Shown in pieces: positions 58,328 through 64,000 of a stretch of 64,000 nt of DNA (its first letter is position 1; the number at the start of each line of letters is the position of its first letter). Position numbers and translations under genes: made by a program. The stretch lies in NCBI GenBank assembly GCA_902628085.1, contig CACOLO010000005.1, forward strand, positions 35,368-99,367, written 5' to 3'. The stretch comes from an uncultured SAR86 cluster bacterium. Its GTDB lineage: Bacteria > Pseudomonadota > Gammaproteobacteria > Magnimaribacterales > D2472. A model generated the notes under the pieces. The model worked only from the letters and a program-made list of their open reading frames with translations. It was not told the DNA's origin and ran no database searches.

Positions 58328-59500
58328 ATGAATGTTGAGAATAAATTTGATTTTATTATCTATGGTGCTTCGGGATTTACTGGAAAACTAGTTGTTGAAT
58401 ATGCATTAGAAAAATATACGGATGATAAATCTGTTTCATGGGCGATTGCTGGCCGAAATGAAACAAAACTTCATCACCTTAAAGATGAAATGAACATACC
58501 TGATGATGTTGGCGTTTTTATCGTTGAAAGCGACGATCAAAATTCCATTGAAGAAATGTTAGCTCAAACAAAATGTGTATTAACTACGGTTGGACCATAT
58601 CAATTATATGGGGAAAAATTAATTAGATCCTGTATTGCATCTGGAACGGACTATGTTGATTTATGTGGAGAACCTGGTTTTATGCATAAAATAATATCTG
58701 AGTGCTCAGCTGAGGCAAAACAGAATGGATCACGGGTAATATTTTCATGCGGTTTTGACAGTATTCCTTTTGATTTGGGTGTTTTTCTTGTCCAAGAGGA
58801 GGTCATGTCAAAAATTGGCAAATATGCGTCATCTGTCAGGGGCAGGGTCAGGGCTATGAACGGTGAATTTTCAGGAGGAACTGCTGCATCAATGAAAGCA
58901 ACAATGTCATCTCTGAAGACGAATCCTGAATTGATTAATGTCTTAATAAATCCTCATGGATTATGTGAAGGCATAAATGGTGCCCAGCAAGAAGATGATA
59001 CAAAGCCAAAATATGATGAAGAACTTGATGTATGGGTTGCACCTTTCTTCATGGCTCCCATTAATACAAAAAATATCCATAGATCTAATAAACTTATGAA
59101 TCACATCTATGGAAAAGATTTCCTTTATAACGAAATGTGGATTACAGGACCAGGCGAACAGGGTAAAGCTGCTGCAGAGATGTTAGCAGGAAACAATCCA
59201 ATTGCTGGCGATGATGTTCCTGCTCCAGGGGAGGGTCCATCAAGAGAAAAAAGAGAAAACGGGAACTATGATATTCTTTTTTGTGCTGATGTCGACGGAA
59301 AAGTTTTTAAAGCATCTGTTTCGGGTGACATGGATCCTGGATACGGCTCTACCTCGAAAATGATAACTGAAAGCGCTATTTGCTTAGTAAAAGACGCAAA
59401 AGAACTCGAAGGAGGAATTTACACTCCAGCAGCTGCTCTGGGTAACAAGTTAATTTCTAGACTGGAAGCTAATGCAGGATTAACTTTTATTATCGAGTAG
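58328..59500 (+). CDS. Saccharopine dehydrogenase-like NAD(P)-binding oxidoreductase
   Basis: 390 aa with the N-terminus FDFIIYGASGFTGKLVVEY and the motif VGPYQLYGE. Confidence 0.7.
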   Translation: MNVENKFDFIIYGASGFTGKLVVEYALEKYTDDKSVSWAIAGRNETKLHHLKDEMNIPDDVGVFIVESDDQNSIEEMLAQTKCVLTTVGPYQLYGEKLIRSCIASGTDYVDLCGEPGFMHKIISECSAEAKQNGSRVIFSCGFDSIPFDLGVFLVQEEVMSKIGKYASSVRGRVRAMNGEFSGGTAASMKATMSSLKTNPELINVLINPHGLCEGINGAQQEDDTKPKYDEELDVWVAPFFMAPINTKNIHRSNKLMNHIYGKDFLYNEMWITGPGEQGKAAAEMLAGNNPIAGDDVPAPGEGPSREKRENGNYDILFCADVDGKVFKASVSGDMDPGYGSTSKMITESAICLVKDAKELEGGIYTPAAALGNKLISRLEANAGLTFIIE

Positions 59501-59890
59501 TCAAAGTTCTCCTTCTTCCCTAAGTTTTGCTCTTATTTCAGTTGCACTTATAGAAGATATTTCCTCCTCAAATATTTCTTCTTCAAACGTGTAACCGACC
59601 CCTCTGCCGTAGGTTATATTTGTGATATTTGGAACCAACATTATTTCGAAATGAACTCCTCTTTGGAAACCATCTGATTCAAGATTCTCTTCAATATTTT
59701 TACAAATTTCTTCCCAGCCAAAGGGATTATCATCTTGACCTATTCCTCCAGATACCCCTTCAACATCTCTTACTTGAATAACAACTTGACCAGTTTTTTT
59801 AATACATCTCTTAAAAAGCTCTTGATGTCCTCTGTGCCAAGGCTGCCATCTTCCTAACATCTGAACAGTTGGTTTTTTCCAGTCAAACAT
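59501..59890 (-). CDS. Minimal (129 aa) cytidylyltransferase-superfamily nucleotidyltransferase (NMNAT-like motifs)
   Basis: GRWQPWHRGH is an HxGH motif of the archaeal NMNAT type. The C-terminal ISSISATEIR matches the ISxTxxR motif. It overlaps the upstream kinase gene by 8 nt. Confidence 0.65.
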   Translation of the reverse strand: MFDWKKPTVQMLGRWQPWHRGHQELFKRCIKKTGQVVIQVRDVEGVSGGIGQDDNPFGWEEICKNIEENLESDGFQRGVHFEIMLVPNITNITYGRGVGYTFEEEIFEEEISSISATEIRAKLREEGEL

Positions 59891-60293
59891 TTTTTAATAT
59901 TTCCTTTGCAATAAATTCATGATTTTTATCATTCATCTTAGTAATTCTGAAATTAACATCCTTAGGTTCTTCAAACATTTTATTTGTATCTTCAAACCTA
60001 CCAGCCTTTATAGTATTCATCCAAACAGTTATATCAGGATCAAAATTTTTTTTAGTTTCCCTTGTTGGGCATACAAAATCACATATAACTATTCGACCAT
60101 GATTTTTTTCAAAATCTGCAAGATTTTTCATTCTTAGACTTTGTCTTATTCTTCCCTCTGGAGAGAAATCCCAGTCATTAGCCATTTCTCTTACTATATC
60201 TGCGTTATACCATGCAGCCTTCAAAAGTGGCTGCAATCTTTTAGCAAGATAAGTTTTGCCACTTCCAGGTAAACCCATGATCAAAATTTTCAT
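59883..60293 (-). CDS. P-loop kinase, adenylylsulfate (APS) kinase-like
   Basis: The ATG at 60293 sits in a TAATG overlap with the upstream gene. It has the Walker A motif GLPGSGKT. YNADIVRE...WDFSPEGRIRQ...GRIVICDFVCP parallels the CysC pattern LDGDNVR..LGFS..DR..N.RR. Confidence 0.6.
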   Translation of the reverse strand: MKILIMGLPGSGKTYLAKRLQPLLKAAWYNADIVREMANDWDFSPEGRIRQSLRMKNLADFEKNHGRIVICDFVCPTRETKKNFDPDITVWMNTIKAGRFEDTNKMFEEPKDVNFRITKMNDKNHEFIAKEILKNV

Positions 60294-61396
60294 TATCTTA
60301 TTTTTGAAACACAAAAAATTTCATTTTTAAATTGTATATATTTTTCTGATCCAATTTTTTTTAATACTCTATTGTATAGATTTTTGTTCTTTTCTAAATT
60401 TTGAATTTCTTTTTCGGGTATTTGACCAACATATAAGATGTTTGCCCATTTCGCTTCAGTATCGTGTCCAAATAACTCTGTAACAGTTTGGTCAGGAGTT
60501 TTTTTAAAATCAAATGAGTAACTTTTAGGGTTAGCATAACTAAAAATACTATTTTCACCTATTGGGTTATCTTTCAGATATTCGATAATATTTTTTGCAG
60601 AATTTGGAAAAGCTTCTTTATCTTTAAACGCAAGCTTTAAAATTTTTTGTATTGATGGACCACCCACTGAGTGAGTCACTAAAAGTTTTCCAGATCTATT
60701 TAATAATCTCATTAATGGCCCAATAACATTTTTAACTTTCATCTCTACAGATGATGCTGCCCTGTATGCTTGAGATGCAATGATGAGATCATAATTATTG
60801 TTTTTGTAATCATTTTTAAGAAAATGTACTAGGTGCCTTTTATTATCTTCCCTATAAATTCTTATCAAACATGGATTCGAATATGAAGTACTTCCTTTAC
60901 TATCAATTTCAATCCCCCAGTTTTTTTTTATAAAATTGCCTAACTTGCTCCCAGCAATTTGAGAATTAAATTCAAAAGAGTTATTACTTTTTAAGACTAA
61001 ATTGAATTCTTTTACTTTTTTATTTTTAATTTTTGAAGAATTCTCAACCATTCCTAACTCAGAAAATTTTACATTTGTCATAGTCACTAATAAATTAGGG
61101 TGCTCAACAAAACGATCTGGCATCTTCTCTAAAGTATTTTTGAGATCTTCATAGCTGATTTCCTTTCCAGTAATTAAAAGCGTGGTATATGCATGATATC
61201 TGTGAAAGCTTTTTATAACATTTGAAATTATTGTTCCGTCACCGGTGCCTGCGTCAAGAATTCTTAGATAAGATTTATTTTGAGAAAGCCTTGCAATGTG
61301 TGGATATATTTCAGTTGAAATTATCTTTTTTTCACTAGTATTTTGTATAAATGAGAGGTACTTTAATCTGTCATCAAAAAATCTTTTTTTCCCCAT
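60293..61396 (-). CDS. Class I SAM-dependent methyltransferase-like protein, unknown substrate
   Basis: 367 aa with motif I, LRILDAGTGDGT. The post-I and later regions are separated by a long insertion (YDLIIASQAYR...GKLLVTHS). No closer family recognised. Confidence 0.5.
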   Translation of the reverse strand: MGKKRFFDDRLKYLSFIQNTSEKKIISTEIYPHIARLSQNKSYLRILDAGTGDGTIISNVIKSFHRYHAYTTLLITGKEISYEDLKNTLEKMPDRFVEHPNLLVTMTNVKFSELGMVENSSKIKNKKVKEFNLVLKSNNSFEFNSQIAGSKLGNFIKKNWGIEIDSKGSTSYSNPCLIRIYREDNKRHLVHFLKNDYKNNNYDLIIASQAYRAASSVEMKVKNVIGPLMRLLNRSGKLLVTHSVGGPSIQKILKLAFKDKEAFPNSAKNIIEYLKDNPIGENSIFSYANPKSYSFDFKKTPDQTVTELFGHDTEAKWANILYVGQIPEKEIQNLEKNKNLYNRVLKKIGSEKYIQFKNEIFCVSKIR

Positions 61397-61503
61397 AAAA
61401 TATCCAAAAATTAGACCTATAAATGATAATCGAAATAAAGAAATAATGCATTTACTCTCGGGATATTTTGAGATTAAAATAGCATTAAAATTAGGGGGAA
61501 TTC

Positions 61504-62655
61504 ATGTCAGAATCAAAATTACCACTGCTTATAGGAATTGGCACAAGAATAAGAAAATCTCCATATTATGAATCAAATCTTAAGTATGGCGTAACTGGAT
61601 TTACGGTATACAACAAGATGTATTTGCCAACTGGATTTTCTTGCCCTGAAAAAGAATATGAAAGCTTAATCAACGATGTTACTTTTGGAGATTTTGCAGC
61701 TGAGCGTCAGATTGAAATTAATGGAAAGGATGCATACAAATTTGTCAGATATATACAACCCAGAAACTTAGAAAAATGTGAAATAGGTTTTTGTAAATAC
61801 ATAATTCTTACCGATATGGATGGCGGTATAGTTAATGATGCATGTCTTTTGAGGCTTGAAGAAAATAAATTCTGGATATCTCCGGGTGATGGTGACGTTA
61901 TTTTATGGCTTCAAGGAATTGCGATAAATTCAGGTATGGATGTTTCCATACATGAACCAGATGTATCACCCCTTCAAATTAGTGGACCCAAGTCTGGCAA
62001 ATTAATTCAAAAGCTTTTTAATGGTGAGCATGACGATTTGGGATACTACAAGGCAAGACAAACTCAACTAGATGATATTCCAATGGTTATCGCGAGAACT
62101 GGATGGAGCGGTGAATTAAGCTATGAACTTTATCTTCAAGATAGAAAATTAGGAAATAAACTTTTCGAATTAGTTTATGAAGCGGCTGAAGAATTTAATG
62201 GTCGAGTTATAGCACCTAATACAATTAGAACAATTGAAGGCGGAATTTTGTCATACGGAAGTGATTTTGGAAGAGAACATAATCCGTACACAATAGGATT
62301 TGATAGGCTGGTAGATGTAGACCAAGAAATAGATTTTATTGGTAAAGAGGCATTGAAAAAGATTAAAAATAATGGAACTCAAGAGAAATTAGTTGGCTTA
62401 GAGTTAGAAGGTGATCCATTAACAAAAGCACCTGAAAACTTTTGGCCTGTAAATAATAAGAATAAAAAAGTTGGTAGAGTCTCTAGAGCATACTACTCAC
62501 CAAGGGTTGGGAAGAACATTGCTCTTGCGATTGTTGATATTGAATATGCTGATGAAGGCACAATTGTCTCTGTTGAAAGTCCATATGGTGACTTGGAGTC
62601 AAAAGTAGTAAATATCCCGTGGTTTCAAGCAGACAAAGATACTCATCTCGACTAA
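61504..62655 (+). CDS. dmdA: GcvT-family aminomethyltransferase, DMSP demethylase (DmdA)-like
   Basis: 383 aa. RIRKSPYY...GFTVYNKMYLPTGF...ERQIEINGKDA...GGIVNDACLLRL..NKFWISPGDGD tracks the DmdA N-terminal pattern I recall from Ruegeria and Pelagibacter DmdA. The RBS is AGGGGGA. Confidence 0.65.
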   Translation: MSESKLPLLIGIGTRIRKSPYYESNLKYGVTGFTVYNKMYLPTGFSCPEKEYESLINDVTFGDFAAERQIEINGKDAYKFVRYIQPRNLEKCEIGFCKYIILTDMDGGIVNDACLLRLEENKFWISPGDGDVILWLQGIAINSGMDVSIHEPDVSPLQISGPKSGKLIQKLFNGEHDDLGYYKARQTQLDDIPMVIARTGWSGELSYELYLQDRKLGNKLFELVYEAAEEFNGRVIAPNTIRTIEGGILSYGSDFGREHNPYTIGFDRLVDVDQEIDFIGKEALKKIKNNGTQEKLVGLELEGDPLTKAPENFWPVNNKNKKVGRVSRAYYSPRVGKNIALAIVDIEYADEGTIVSVESPYGDLESKVVNIPWFQADKDTHLD

Positions 62656-62657
62656 CA

Positions 62658-63182
62658 GTGTTTAAAAGTATTTTTATCTTGTTTTCAGTTTTCTCAGTTA
62701 ATGTGTCATCTATGGTAATTGATAATTTAAATGATGTTAGAGCTAATTGGTCAGCAATATCTGATCAAGTCATGGGTGGAATATCTGAGGTAAATTTTTA
62801 TGAGATGGAAGAAGATGGTCAAAAATTCTATAGACTTGAGGGAAACGTTAGTACCGAAAACAATGGCGGATTTATTCAATCAAGAGTAGGGTTGAGCATA
62901 AAGGCAAAAGACTTTAATGGAATTAGAATCAAGGTGAGAGGAAATAATAATGAATACTTTGTTCACCTAAGAGTTCCAAGAATGTTGCCGTGGAACTACT
63001 ATTATGCTGAGTTTTATGCAACAAGTGATTGGGAAATTATTGATATACCATTGTCTAGTTTTAAATACTCTAGAAATCAAAATGATAATCTGAATTCAAG
63101 AGTAATAAGGTCAATTGGTATCGTAGCTTATGGAAAAGATTTTTCAGCACAACTAGATTTAGCAAATATAGAGCTATATTAG
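62658..63182 (+). CDS. CIA30-domain (complex I intermediate-associated protein 30-like) protein, secreted
   Basis: W.AISDQVMGGISE is the CIA30 signature. The GTG at 62658 gives the signal peptide MFKSIFILFSVFSVNVSS and avoids a 37-nt overlap with the dmdA-like gene. Confidence 0.65.
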   Translation: MFKSIFILFSVFSVNVSSMVIDNLNDVRANWSAISDQVMGGISEVNFYEMEEDGQKFYRLEGNVSTENNGGFIQSRVGLSIKAKDFNGIRIKVRGNNNEYFVHLRVPRMLPWNYYYAEFYATSDWEIIDIPLSSFKYSRNQNDNLNSRVIRSIGIVAYGKDFSAQLDLANIELY

Positions 63183-63183
63183 A

Positions 63184-63642
63184 GTGCATTTTTCAGACCA
63201 AGAAAAATTCTTTATGAAAACTGCGATGCAATTAGCACAAGAATCTTATAATCTTGGCGAAGTTCCTGTTGGAGCTATAGTGGTAAAGAATAATGAGATT
63301 ATTGGAAGAGGCAGGAATACGGTAATCTCTGATAATGATGTGACTGCTCATGCTGAAATCAATGCTATGAGAGAGGCATCAAAAATGATTGGAAATTATA
63401 GGCTAGTTGACTGTAATATGTTTGTTACACTTGAGCCATGTCATATGTGCGCAAAAGCAATTGTTGATGCAAGATTTAATTCAATTATCTTTGCAGCAAA
63501 AGAACCAAGAACTGGCAGTATTTTATCAATTGATAACTTTTTTGAAAAAAAAGTTTTAAATCATAAAGTTAATTACAAATTTGGATTATTTGAGAAGGAC
63601 AGCTCAAAACTACTTAAAGATTTTTTCAAACAAAGAAGATAA
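63184..63642 (+). CDS. tadA: tRNA-specific adenosine deaminase
   Basis: 152 aa with the HAEINAM and LEPCHMCAKA zinc-binding motifs. The start is either the GTG at 63184 or the ATG at 63214. Confidence 0.85.
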   Translation: MHFSDQEKFFMKTAMQLAQESYNLGEVPVGAIVVKNNEIIGRGRNTVISDNDVTAHAEINAMREASKMIGNYRLVDCNMFVTLEPCHMCAKAIVDARFNSIIFAAKEPRTGSILSIDNFFEKKVLNHKVNYKFGLFEKDSSKLLKDFFKQRR

Positions 63643-64000
63643 TCAGAGTTCTTTCATCATTGTTGTATGAGGAATATTTGTATCTGAGCCATAAAATTTT
63701 CTAACAACTTTATAGCCTGATTTCTCATAAAATTTAATCACATGATCTCTAGCATTTAATACAATTTTTTTTGCATCTTGTTCTAAAGCATATTTTTCTA
63801 AATGCTCTATGATCTTTCTACCAATTCCCATTCCTTGCAAATTATTATTGACGGCCATATATCTTATTTGTGCTTCAAAGTCTGTATTAAAGTGCAGTCT
63901 ACCGCATGCTATTACTTCGTTTTCAGACACACCAATTAGATGATAGCTGGAGTTTTCATATTCATCTTTTAACGAGTCAATTGATTTTCCAATCGGCTTT
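63643..64000 (-). CDS. GNAT-family N-acetyltransferase (5' end beyond the window)
   Basis: The frame stays open to base 64000. It has the motif A sequence LQGMGIGRKII. The track 'M' at 63930 is an internal GTG. Confidence 0.7.
   Translation of the reverse strand, partial: KPIGKSIDSLKDEYENSSYHLIGVSENEVIACGRLHFNTDFEAQIRYMAVNNNLQGMGIGRKIIEHLEKYALEQDAKKIVLNARDHVIKFYEKSGYKVVRKFYGSDTNIPHTTMMKEL

Noticed and set aside
1-64000. A search for integrases, transposases, IS elements, rRNA genes and toxin-antitoxin pairs
   Set aside because: No ORF in the six-frame track shows recombinase, transposase or TA hallmarks. No rRNA-like sequence was seen. The only RNA gene found is tRNA-Pro.

Overview
This 64-kb window comes from a very AT-rich (about 30% GC by eye, not computed), tightly packed, streamlined bacterial chromosome. 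Many genes overlap by 1-8 nt, and several convergent genes share or abut stop codons. The gene content points to a marine gammaproteobacterium of the SAR86 type. That content includes infC-rpmI-rplT-pheS-pheT-ihfA, guaBA, nagZ, apt, tadA, a gfc/yjb-type capsule module, a TonB-dependent receptor and a DmdA-like gene. The taxonomic call is inference only. Layout: (1) 0.26-14.4 kb is a surface-glycan biosynthesis block. It holds a DegT aminotransferase, two GT4 glycosyltransferases, a WbpG/WbuX-HisH-HisF acetamidino trio, a bi-domain oxidoreductase with a heparinase II/III-like protein, wecB-wecC, a cytidylyltransferase-cupin fusion and ugd. (2) 14.4-19.1 kb holds pdxH and the translation operon, with markedly shortened PheS and PheT. 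(3) 19.1-29.3 kb holds glycan export and initiation genes. These are a Wza-like OPX protein, YjbH/GfcD, a lipoprotein, a Thr/Pro-repeat GfcA/YjbE-like protein, tRNA-Pro(GGG), a secreted carboxylesterase, TerB, an initiating sugar transferase and a WbpM/CapD dehydratase. (4) 29.3-46.2 kb is core metabolism, including a purine-salvage neighbourhood (NCS2 permease, TBDR, PRT, guaB, guaA). (5) 46.16-48.11 kb is the most interesting locus. A two-gene cassette (a Cys-rich zinc-ribbon protein, then a DUF697-like/Mrr-like nuclease-fold membrane protein) sits between the intact guaA 3' end and a degraded second copy of that 3' end. This looks like an integration scar carrying an uncharacterised, possibly defence-type module. 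(6) 48.1-64 kb holds transporters and lipid/CoA metabolism, an uncharacterised methyltransferase/APS-kinase-like/minimal nucleotidyltransferase operon, a DmdA-like aminomethyltransferase, CIA30, tadA and a partial GNAT gene. I saw no rRNA, CRISPR array, transposase or integrase.
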